DNA of 49,152 nucleotides, taken from contig NW_024705390.1 in the NCBI RefSeq assembly GCF_018977255.1, forward strand, positions 1 to 49,152. Reading direction: 5' to 3'. A program made the position numbers and the translations under genes. Below are positions 21,603 to 32,531 of this stretch, in pieces; within the stretch, counting starts at the first letter, position 1; each line of letters starts with the position of its first letter. The DNA comes from Callorhinchus milii. Its lineage: Eukaryota. The notes under the pieces are model-generated. The model saw nothing but the letters and a program-made list of their open reading frames with translations. It was not told where the DNA came from and ran no database searches.

Positions 21603-22196
21603 ACTGTAGTGTGTGAGCGAGTGTGAGAGTCACTGTGATCACACTCAGACTGTAGTGTGTGAGCGAGTGTGAGAGTCACTGTGATCACTCTCAGACTGTA
21701 GTGTGAGCGAGTGTGAGCGTCACTGTGATCACACTCAGACTGTAGTGTGTGAGCGAGTGTGAGCGTCACTGTGATCACACTCAGACTGTAGTGTGTGAGC
21801 GAGTGTGAGAGTCACTGTGATCACTCTCAGACTGTAGTGTGTGAGCGAGTGTGAGAGTCACTGTGATCACACTCAGACTGTAGTGTGTGAGCGAGTGTGA
21901 GAGTCACTGTGATCACACTCAGACTGTAGTGTGTGAGCGAGTGTGAGAGTCACAGTGATCACACTCAGACTGTAGTGTGAGCGAGTGCGTCACTGATCAC
22001 AATCAGACTGTAGTGTGTGAGCGAGTGTGAGAGTCACTGTGATCACAGTCAGACTGTAGTGTGTGAGCGAGTGTGAGAGTCACTGTGATCACAGTCAGAC
22101 TGTAGTGTGTGAGCGAGTGTGAGAGTCACTGTGATCACTCTCAGACTGTAGTGTGTGAGCGAGTGTGAGAGTCACTGTGATCACTCTCAGACTGTA
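21603..22196. repeat. 44-46-bp minisatellite (cactgtgatcacactcagactgtagtgtgtgagcgagtgtgagagt), about 13 units
   Basis: Tandem array. About 10 units at 32995-33450 and a single diverged unit at about 44450-44490. Confidence 0.95.
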
Positions 22197-22369
22197 CCCC
22201 CCCCCCGGGGCCGTGCCTCCCCCCCGGGGCCGTGCCCCCCCATCGGGGCCGTGCCCCCCCCGGGGCCGTGCCCCCCCGGGCCGTGCCCCGGGGCCGTGCC
22301 CCCCCGGCCGTGCCCCCCCGGGGCCGTGCCCCCCCCCGGGGCTGTCCTGTCATGTCACACAGTGAGCCG

Positions 22370-23260
22370 GACAGCGAGGCGGGGCCGGGCAGCGAGGGGC
22401 GGGGCCGGGCAGCGAGGGGCGGGGCCGGCAGCGAGGGGCGGGGCCGGGCAGCGAGGGGCGGGGCCGGCAGCGAGGGGCGGGGCCGGACAGCGAGGGGCGG
22501 GGCATGGCAGTGAGGGGCGGGGCATGGCAGTGAGGGGCGGGGCATGGCAGCGAGGGGCGGGGCCGGGCAGCGAGGGGCGGGGCCGGGCAGCGAGGAGCGG
22601 GGCCGGGCAGCGAGGGGCGGGGCCGGGCAGCGAGGGGCGGGGCCGGGCAGCGAGGGGCGGGGCATGGCAGCGAGGGGCGGGGCAGGCAGCGAGGGGCGGG
22701 GCCGGGCAGCGAGGGGCGGGGCCGGGCAGCGAGGGGCGGGGCCGGGCAGCGAGGGGCGGGGCAGGGCAGCGAGGGGCGGGGCAGGGCAGCGAGGGGCGGG
22801 GCCGGGCAGGGAGCGAGAGAGAGGCCATTCCTTCCCGCCGCTGTGCCACCGTGAGGCTGTACCTGTTGTTCACTGTATAACAAATGGATGATCCGTCCAA
22901 TCACCGCCACATGTCGGGGACACAGTCGGGATCTCGGGGCCTTTTTCCCGCCTCTCCAGCTCGGGGGCGGCACGTGATCGGCTCCAACTGCCACTGAGCG
23001 CCGAGCGCAGCCTCGAGCGGGAGCCGTTGGGCAGCAGCAGCGTCACGTGGGTCTGAGTCCAGCCAATCGGGAGCGGGAGTTGGGGGCGTCACGTGGTCTG
23101 AGCGCGGGCGGGAGCCGTTGGGGGGCGTCACGTGGTCTGAGCGCGGGCGGGAGCCGTTGGGGGCCGTCACGTGGTCTGAGCGCGGGCGGGAGCCGTTGGG
23201 GGGCGTCACGTGGTCTGAGCGCGGGCGGGAGCCGTTGGGGGCCGTCACTTGACCCTCTCA
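22370..23260. promoter_or_regulatory. GC-box array plus CpG/E-box module (four 39-bp units), upstream unit of copy C
   Basis: Reverse complement of 11790-12470. CGTCACGTGG occurs at 23087, 23126, 23165 and 23204. Confidence 0.5.
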
Positions 23261-25394
23261 CACACCATCAGCAGTTTCCTCACAGCAAAGCGGCTCTTTC
23301 CCCAGTGACCAGTGAGGAGCGGCTCCACACAGTTGAGTTGTCTTCCCACTGCTCCTGAAGCCAGGCTGGGCCAACTGTCGGCCCGCGGGCCTGATCCGGC
23401 CCGGAGAGAGATTCCCCACCCCTCCCCCACCCTCTCCTCCACCAACCGCCCTCTGCCATCTCCCCACCTGCCCCCGGCTTCATGTCCCCCCACTCACTCA
23501 CACCCCGTCTAGCCCCCCCACCGCCCACCGCCATTGTGTTTTGCCCCCTCCCCCCCCCCCCCCGCCCTCTGTACCTCATTCCTGGAGTCCCTCCGCCTCG
23601 CTGCCTCCCTCCCGCCCCTCTTTCAAGGCCACGTCAAGACCCTGACTCTTGACTTGGGGTCTTGGCTGAGCGGAGGGAGGGCCTGAGGTCTGTGATTACA
23701 AACAGGAGCCGTAACCCCCCCCCACTCCGAGCTGTGACCCCTCCCCCTCAGGTCTGAAATGCTGTGACCGTCCAGTGCCTTGGGACGTCCTCCCGACGTG
23801 AAAGGCGCTGTACACATGTAATGTTGTTGTTGTTGTTGACGTGGGGTGGTGTCCCGGAGCGCTTGACAGTGGTGGAGTCTGACCCCGAGGCAGGGGGAGA
23901 GGGAGGGGGAAGGAGACCGTAACCCCCATCAAAAAGGATGGTCTTGAGGCAGGACTTGAGAGTGGGGAGGGAGGGGGAAAGGCACAGGGATTGAGGGGAG
24001 AGCTTCGGGGTGTAGTGACTGAAAGCTCCGATGGTGGAGCGGAGGGGGTGAGGGACAAACCGGAGGCCGGAGGCAGCCGAGCAGCGGCAGCGGGCGGTGG
24101 AGTGGGGGGTCAGCAGGTCAGATAGTTAGGGACATGTAGATGACAAAAGAAGATGGAGCCTTGGGGTACCCGCAGGTGCCCGGGTGTGGGCGGGAGGGAG
24201 AGACCCTTTGCCGAGATGTGGTGTTGGCAGTTAGTCAGTAGGACTGGAACCATGTGAGTGCGGTCCCACTGAGGAGGGTGAGGGAGGAGAGGCGGTGGAG
24301 GAGGATGGAGTGGTCGACTGTGTTGAACGTGGGGGAGAGGTCGAGGAGGTCGAGGAGGGAGTGGGAGCGCTGGTCACAGAGAGAGAGAGAGAGGACGCCA
24401 TTTGTTAATTTGATGAGCGCTGTCTCTGTGCTGTCGGCCGTCACCGTGAAAACCAGACTGGAGGAGGGAGCGGAGGGGCTCGAGCGGGGAGTGCAGGGGC
24501 TCGAGGAGGAAGTGGAGGGGCTCGAGGAGGAAGTGGAGGGGGCCAAGAAGGGAGTGGAGGGGCTCGCGTAGAGAGTGGAGGGGATCGAGGAAAGAGCGGA
24601 GAGGGTCGAGGAGAGAGTGGAGGGGCTCGAGAAGGGTGTGGATGGGCTCGAGGAGGGAGCGGAGGGGCTCAAGGAGGGAGTGGAGGGGCTCGAGGGGAGA
24701 GTGGAGGGGCTCGAGGGGAGAGTGGAGGGGCTCGAGGGGAGAGTGGAGGGGCTCGAGGGGAGAGTGGAGCAGTTTGTGGAGGGAGGGGTGTAACTCGCGT
24801 TCCAGGGGCTTCGTCAGGAAGGTCGGGTCGAGGGTAGGTTTTTTTTAGGAGATACTGCACTCACTCACTCTCACTCACTCACTCACTCACTCACTCACTC
24901 ACTCACTCACAGACACACTGACAGTCACAATCACAGTCATATTCACACACACACTCACACCCTCTCTCACACACTCACAGCCTCTCGCACACACACACAC
25001 ACCCTCTCACACACACTCACAGCCTCTCCCACACACTCACACCCTCTCTCACACACTCACAGCCTCTCGCACACACACACACACCCTCTCACACACACTC
25101 ACAGCCTCTCACACACTCACACCCTCTCTCACACACACACCCTCTCTCACACACTCACACCCTCTTTCACACACACACGCACCCTCTCACACACACTCAC
25201 AGCCTGTCTCACACACACTCACACCCTCTCTCACACACACACACACCCTCTCAAACACACTCACACCCTCTCTCTCATCACACACACCCTCTCAAACACA
25301 CACACACCCTCTCTCACACACTCACACCCTCTCTCCCACACACTCACACCCTCTCTCTCACACACACACACCCCCACGGGGAGGAACCACAGAT

Positions 25395-25460
25395 CACAAC
25401 CTGTTTCAGAGCCTTTTCCCGGAGACCCGTTACGAGCGGCTCCCGAGATCCTCCCATTGG
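25395..25460 (+). promoter_or_regulatory. S-X-Y class I promoter module, copy C
   Basis: caacctgtttcagagccttttcccggagacccgttacgagcggctcccgagatcctcccattgg, 137 bp before the ATG. Confidence 0.75.
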
Positions 25461-25596
25461 CGGTGAGTGAGTCAGTGTGAGATCAGTCAGAGAGGGAGTG
25501 AGTGAGATCAGAGAGGCCTTAGGGCTGAGGTCCGGTTGGACACCATCAGTGTGAGGTCCAGTGTTGGGCACATTGCAGTGACCATCCAACAGGACC

Positions 25597-28500
25597 ATGA
25601 AGGTCCTTGTGATGGCTCTCGCTGCCCTCCTGCCTGTGTGCAGTGCGCTCCACAGTAAGTGGCCCCAGACTCTGACTGTCACTGTGTGTTATAGTATATT
25701 CTGTGTATTTTGGGGGGTGCGGAGGGGGAGATTGGAGCAGAGATTGCAGCGGAGTTCCTTTTCTCAGTCTGTCACCATTCACTGACACTGTACTCTTCCC
25801 TTCCGTGTGTACACTGTGAGCTGTGCCCTGTGTGTACACTGTGAGCTGTGCCCTGTGTGTACACTGTGAGCTGTGCCCTGTGTGTACACTGTGAGCTGTG
25901 CCCTGTGTGTACGCTGTGCCTTGTGTGTACACTGTGAGCTGTGCCCTGTGTGTACACTGTGAGCTGTGCCGTGTGTATACACTGTGAGCTGTGCCCTGTG
26001 TGTACACTGTGAGCTGTGCCCTGTGTGTACACTGTGAGCTGTGCCGTGTGTGTACACTGTGAGCTGTGCCCTGTGTGTACACTGTGAGCTGTGCCGTGTG
26101 TGTACACTGTGAGCTGTGCCCTGTGTGTACACTGTGAGCTGTGCCCAGTGTGTACACTGTGAGCTGTGCCCTGTGTGTACACTGTGCCCTGTGTGTACAC
26201 TGTGAGCTGTGTGGGCATTTGACAGTTGCGAGCGTGTGCTGTATGTGACAAGTGTGTGTGAAGCGTGTGAACAGTATGTACTCAGTGACCTGTTACACAC
26301 GTACAATCAGTGTGTGTGTTTGTGTCTGACAGAGCCTCAGGTGTTGAGATACTTACACACACTGGTGTCAGCGGACGGAGAACTTCCAGAGTACTACTGT
26401 GCTGTGATGTTGGAGGATGTTGAGATCTATCACTACGACAGCAACAGTGAGAGAATTGTCAGTCGGATTCCCGGTGTTCAGACGGCTGTTAGAGAACAGC
26501 GCTTCCCTGTACGTGTGGAGAGGGTGAAGGCAGATTATATGACGGTGAAGGAGAATATGTTGTATATGATGAAGAGGAGGAATATTACGAGCGGTGAGTG
26601 GTTTAATATTCACTGTAAACATCCAGCGCCGTTCACTGTGTGTGTGTGTTGAGTACATGTGAGTGTGTGTGTGTCTTTGTCATTGTGTGTTTGTGTGAGT
26701 TTCCGTGTATCTGTGTGAGTGTGTGTTTGTGGGTGTGTTGAGTACATGTGAGGGAGACGAGGTGTGTGTCTCTGTCATTGTGTGTGCGGTGTGTGTTTGT
26801 GGTGTACAAGTGTGAGGGGGAGTCAGTGAGTGTTTTTTTCTCTTTGTCAGTGAGTGTGTGAGACAGTCGGTGATGGACAGACACACTCTGCACTGATCAC
26901 AATGGCTGTCAATGGCTATTTCAGGGGCTCACTATGGCCAGGTGTTGTCTGGCTGTGAGGTGAGGGAGGACGGCACTACAGACGGACACATCACAGTCGC
27001 GTTCGATGGGGAAGATTTTCTCAGCTTTGACAAAAACGACCTGAGATGGATTTCTGCTGCTCCCGAGGCTCAGACCCTGAGACGGAAACTGGACAACGAC
27101 AGAGACATGAATCAGTATTGGAAACAGAAACTGGAGAATGATTGTCTTAATCGGATGGAGGAATACTATCAGTATTCAAAGTCCACCTTCCAGCGACAGA
27201 GTGAGTGTGTGTTGTTACTAATATGGCCTTATTATATGGTTAAGCCTCGCTGTGTCAGGGTGGGCTCAGTGCTGAGCTGTGTGTGACTGTGCTCCCCTCC
27301 CCAGGCCGCCCTGACGTCTCAGTCAGTTACAGGAGGGACGTGGGGGGGAGAGCCCTTCTCTCCTGTCTTGTTACTGGCTTCTATCCGCGGCCCATCGAGG
27401 TGACCTGGACAAGGGACGGCAACACTGTCCACGAGGTGGAGTCCAGCGGTGTATTACCCAACCACGACCACACCTTTCAGACAGTGAAGCAGATGGAGCT
27501 GGAGACGGGCTCCGCGGGGGAGCAGGGCTTCTCCTGTCTGGTGGAGCACAGCAGCCTCCAGGGGGTGTTGGAGGTGCCGTGGGGTAAGATCAACAACAAC
27601 AACTCGGGGTTACACAGCAACCTCACACGGGGCAGCGTCTCGAGCACTTAACAGTGGTGGGGCTGACACAGGGGGAGGGGGAGGGGACCGTAAGCACAGT
27701 CAGAGAGGAAGGTCTTCAGGTGTGATGTGAAAATGGGGAAGGAGGGGGCAATGTGGAGGGATTGAGGGAAGGATTTGCAGAGTTTCAGACCGTAGTGGCC
27801 GTCAGCTCGGCCACTGATGGTGGAGCAGAAGGGACGAGGTATAAGCAGGAGGCCGGAGCCAACCGAGCGGAGGGGGCGGGTGGTGGAGTGAGGAGTAGGA
27901 AAGGTTGGGAAACTAAGGAGGTGCCGGGGACGTGTAGACAAGTGTGAGGATCTTGAAGTGGATGTGTTCTCTGAGTCCTGTGGAGTCCTGTAGCTCAGTG
28001 GTTAGAGCACTCGCTTTGCAAGCGAGAGACCTGAGTTCAATTCCAGGCAGAGGGCGAAACCTCGGGCAAGTTTCCTTACTCCACACAGAGCCTAATAATA
28101 ATCCCTCCAAAAAACCAAAAACAATATAATAAAATTGGTCATTTTCAATCTACGACTGTTTGTGGGACATTGCTGTGCGCAATTGGCTGCCGCGTTCGCC
28201 CTCAAATATACAGTCAATTCACTTTACAGTATATTCTGTGAAGCGCTTTGGGACGTCCTCCCGACGTGAAAAGCGCTATATCAAATGCAAGGATTATTAT
28301 TATTATTATTATAGGGAGCCAGTGGCGCCTGGTGAGGGCCGGGGTGATGGGGGTGATAGGTGTGATGGGGGTGAGGTGTGTCGAGCGGGTGGTTATACGG
28401 GCGGTGGAGTTCTGGATTATTTGGGGTCTGTGGATAGTGAGGTTGGGGAGACCAGAGAGGAGGGCATTGGAATAGTCAAGGTGGGAGGTGACAAACACAT

Positions 28501-31500
28501 GGACAAGGGTTTTGGTTGTGTTGGGTGTGAGGTAAGGTCGGAGGTGGGCAATGTGGAGGAAAGTGGTCCTGGTCAGGGACCGGATGTGGGGGGGGAAGGA
28601 CAGCTGAGGGTCGAACCTGACGCTCAGGTTATGTACAGGTTCAGTGAGTCTAAGGCAAAGGGCGGTGAGGTTGAGGAGGTCATAGCCACAGGAGACACGA
28701 TGGGAGCCAAGGAGTATGGCTTCTGTCTTGTTGATGTTCAGCTACAGGAAGTTTACGCTCAACCAGTCCTTGATGTCTGACAAACAAACTGACAGGACAT
28801 CAGGGATCTGGAGTCACAGCTGGAGGAGGATTGGGTGTCAACCACATACATAGGTCATCCACACACATAAGGTCACAGCGGGAAACCGGGAATAACATGA
28901 GGTGTCAGTCTGTCTCCGGGAGAACTCTCTGTCTTCTCTAAACAGCCGCCCATCGCCCCTTCTCATCCCGTTCTCCAATATTCTCTCATACTCCTCACCT
29001 CTCTCTCTTCCCGTCCTCCAATACTCTGCAGATCTCTCTCTCTCTCGATTTGCATTCTCTCATCTCGTCCTCTGACCCTCTCCCTCTCTCAGACTCCTCT
29101 CCTCTCTCACTCTAATGTTGCTGTTCACTCCGAACAGATGGGAAAACAAAGAAAACTCCGTCCGGTTCCACTTCCTGGATCCCGGGCCGGATCATTTTGC
29201 AGGCGTCTGGGATTGTTGTTGGGATTCTCGTCTGAAAATGAGAAAAGGTGAATAAATGGGACCGTCGCGGAGGCCGATTATCAGAGAGAACCACAGAATC
29301 ATACAGCATAGGAGGAGGCCATTCAGCCCATCGTGTCTGTTCCAGCTCTTTGAAAAGTGCTATCAAAATCAACCCCACTCCCCCGCTGTCTCCCCATAGC
29401 CCTGATCAACCCCACTCCCCCGCTCTCTCCCCATAGCCCTGATCAACCCCACTCCCCCGCTCTCTCCCCATAGCCCTGTTCAACCCCACTCCCCCGCTCT
29501 CTCCCCATAGCCCTGTTCAACCCCACTCCCCCGCTCTCTCCCCATAGCCCTGATCAACCCCACTCCCCCGCTCTCTCCCCATAGCCCTGATCAACCCCAC
29601 TCCCCCGCTCTCTCCCCATAGCCCTGATCAACCCCACTCCCCGCTCTCTCCCCATAGCCCTGATCAACCCCACTCCCCCGCTCTCTCCCCATAGCCCTGA
29701 TCAGCTTCCAACAGCCTTTCAGGCAACACATTCCAAATCCCAACAACTCGCTTCTGATAAAATGTCTCCTCCCCTCCCCTCTGTTTCAGGCCTTTATCAC
29801 TGGTCCACACCTTTATCCCCTCAAGGCTGGACTATGGGAACTCTCCCCTCGTCGGCCTTCCCGGCCCTCCCTCCACACGGCAGGTCATTCAGAACTCTGC
29901 AGCTCATGTATTGTCCCGCACCAGACACCGCGCACACATCACTCCCACCCTCGCCCTCACCCTCACTCCCACCCTCGCCCTCACTCCCACCCTCGCTCGC
30001 CTACACTGGCTCCCCATCCTCCAGTGGATCGAATTCAAGATCCTCATCGTCACCTACAAGGCCATTCACAGCCTCGCTCCCTCCTACCTCTCCAACCTAC
30101 TATCCCCCTACCTACCTGCCTGTACCCTCCGTTCCTCTGGCTCCGGTCTGCTCTACGTCCCCCGCCCCAACCGCCCGACCATCTGTGGCCTTCAGCCTCT
30201 CAGCCCCGAGGCTCTGGAACTCCATCCCCAGTGCCTTTGCCGCTTCCTCCCTTTCCTCCTTCAAGGCCGGTCTCAAGACCTTTCTCTTTGACCTTCAGCC
30301 TTCAGCTCCGCTCTCGACTCTCTACCCCCTCCTCACCCCCTCCCTTCCCTCTCCTCACCATGACCATCTCCCCCCTCCTCGCTCCTCCCCTTCCCTCACC
30401 ATTTCCCCCCCTCCTCGCTCCCTCCCTTCCCCCCCCTCACCCTGACCATCTCTCCCATCCTCTCTCCCTCCCTCCCCTCACTCTGACCATTTCCCCCCAA
30501 TGCTCGGGTCCTGACCCAACTGTACAGCGCCTTCGGACGTCCTCCTGATGTGAAAGGCGCTCTATAAATGGAATCTTGTTGTTCTTGTTGTTTCTTTTAA
30601 CAGCTATTTTAAGTCGGTGTCCTCGGGTTACCGACCCACGCGCCAGTGGGAATAGTGTCTCCTTGTACCCCCTATCGAATCCCCTCATCATTTTCAAAAC
30701 TTCTAGAGTCTCCTCTGCTCCAAGGAGAATAATCCTCGCGTCTGTGGCCTCCTGATAACTGAAGCCCTCATTCCTGGTGCCATCGCGGTCAATCTCCTTT
30801 GCACACTCTCCAATGCCTTGACATCCTTCCTACAGTGTGGGGCCCAGAACTGAACACAGTCTCTAACTAACTCTAACCCTACAGTGTGGGGCCCAGAACT
30901 GAACAGTCTCTAACTAACCCAAACCCTATAGTGTGGGGCCCAGAACTGAACACAGTCTGTGTCTCAGGCGTAACCAGTGTTTTATAATTATAACATCACT
31001 GGTCCTGTGGTTCACTGACCCCCACACCCGTCACTGTCTGTCTGTGTTACTGGGTGTTGTGTGTGTGTGACTGTGAGACCGGCTGTTGTCTGTATATGTG
31101 AGACCGGGTTTTATATGTGTGTTGTCTCTGTGTGTGTAACTGACTGTTGTGTGTGTGAGGGCTGAACGAGCATCACTGGGTCTGTGTGTAATTGACGTCT
31201 GTTTATTGACAGGACCCGGGACTCACCAGTACAGCCGTCCATCCAGTAAGTGAATAACAGTGCGGCTGTACACCGGGTCAGACTACACTCTGCAAGTGGA
31301 CGTGTGTGACGTGTTCTCTGCTCACCTCACTGTCAAACCCTACAATGTACAGCAATTTCTGTCTGTCTGACTGACTGTCTGACTGTAATGTACAGGCGTT
31401 TCCTGTCTGACTGTGACATACAGGCATTTTCTCTGTGACTGACTGACTATAACATAGAGATATTGACTGTCTGACTCTGACTCCATCTTTCATCTGTTTC

Positions 31501-32531
31501 TGGTCACAGGTGAAGAAAGCGGCCAATCATCCAATGGTCAATTAACAGGTAAGAGCCGGTCAGCGCCACACGGCCTCTCGTGATCCCCAGTCACTAACCC
31601 GCTGTGAGGATCAGGACTGGGCTGTGACAGTGCCACTGGGGGAGTGGAATCCCCCCCCACCCCCCCCCCGCGCTCACCGGGGACGTCCTTCCTGAGACCA
31701 GGAAGTGATCCCAGTGAAGCTCACAGGGTATTGGCCATCCAGTGCCCACTGGCACCGGGGCCCTGGCACTGAGCGGGTTACCACTGGCCACTGGCGCAGC
31801 CACGCGGCCCACTCGGCTCCTGTTATCCTGCGGCCAAAGCCCTGAGGGGTCGGGCAGTCCTCGCTGGACAAGCAGCGGGAAGCTGCCAGACAGGGCTCTC
31901 AGGGGCAAAGCTGTGGGTTTAGTGGGTTAGACTCCAGCAGTTACCCCAACGCACACTCTGGGTCCCCTCCAAACCACTCACACTCACACACACTCACACA
32001 CACTCACTCACACTCACACACACACACTCTGGGTCCCCCCCAAACCACTCACACACACTCACTCACTCACACACACTCGGGGTCCCCAAGCCTTGGCTCT
32101 GGCCAACCCTCTCCAGGGTCAGGTAAACACCATGTGTCCTGCACAGAGAGAGAGAGAGCACTCCATCCCAGACACGGGGAGAGATCCGTGTGGAGGTGAC
32201 ATACACACGTGTGACTCTCAGGCCTGGTTTGGGGACTGTTAAGCACAGTGATGGTTTCCACGTGTGTCAGACACGCGGCTGATCACAGTGATGGTTTCCA
32301 CGTGTGTCAGACACGCGGCTGATCACAGTGATGGTTTCCACGTGTGTCAGACACGCGGCTGATCACAGTGATGGTTTCCACGTGTGTCAGACACGCGGCT
32401 GATCACAGTCCGTTGTCTCTGTGTGTGACCCGGTGATTGGGGACTTAATGACCGTCACTGGTCTCTGTTTGTGAGTGACCTCTGTTTGATTACAGAACCT
32501 GGGAGTCTCCAGTCCCACCGTCCATCAGTCA
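25597..32531 (+). CDS. MHC class I-like heavy chain, copy C, with truncated TM (stop 29233-29235). Exons: leader 25597-25654, alpha1 26333-26593, alpha2 26925-27200, alpha3 27305-27583, TM 29138-29247, cyt1 31213-31245, cyt2 31510-31548, cyt3 32496-32531, probable last exon from 32621
   Basis: Leader through alpha3 are intact with canonical splice sites. The TM exon translates DGKTKKTPSGSTSWIPGRIILQASGIVVGILV*. Confidence 0.9.
27975..28310 (+). mobile_element. Young full-length tRNA(Ala-TGC)-derived SINE with L2-type tail, private to copy C
   Basis: A-box tagctcagtggttaga, anticodon arm ctcgc-tttgcaa-gcgag, B-box gagttcaattc, body ttgctgtgcgcaattggctgccgcgtt, and tail gcgctttgggacgtcc...gcgctatatcaaatgcaagg(att)n. 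The empty site ctctga/tagggag is seen in A, B and D. Confidence 0.92.
29789..30595 (+). mobile_element. 5'-truncated L2 LINE insertion, private to intron 5 of copy C
   Basis: Encodes LARLHWLPILQWIEFKILIVTYKAIHSLAPSYLSNLL..LRSSGSGLL and ends cagcgccttcggacgtcc...aaaggcgctctataaatggaatcttgttg. It is flanked by tgtttc on both sides; the empty site is seen in B. Confidence 0.85.

Noticed and set aside
21603-22196. CRISPR-like regular repeats (also the 30-, 36- and 39-bp arrays)
   Set aside because: The units are head-to-tail with no unique spacers, there are no cas genes, and the DNA is vertebrate.
23260-23500. Unique-looking segment next to the CpG module as a coding exon (for example NEU1)
   Set aside because: No frame gives a protein I recognise and there are no convincing paired splice sites.
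25597-27583. Calling these classical class I (UAA) or CD1/MR1 orthologues
   Set aside because: Most peptide anchors are missing, and I cannot establish orthology without a phylogeny, so no gene symbol is given.
27984-28050. tRNA-Ala(TGC)-like cloverleaf
   Set aside because: It has A/B boxes and an anticodon arm but no proper acceptor stem or terminator, and it continues into a SINE body and (ATT)n tail. It is a SINE head, not a tRNA gene.
29762-30548. 227-aa and 174-aa Pro/Ser-rich ORFs
   Set aside because: Off-frame readings of the L2 insertion and its pyrimidine-rich tail.
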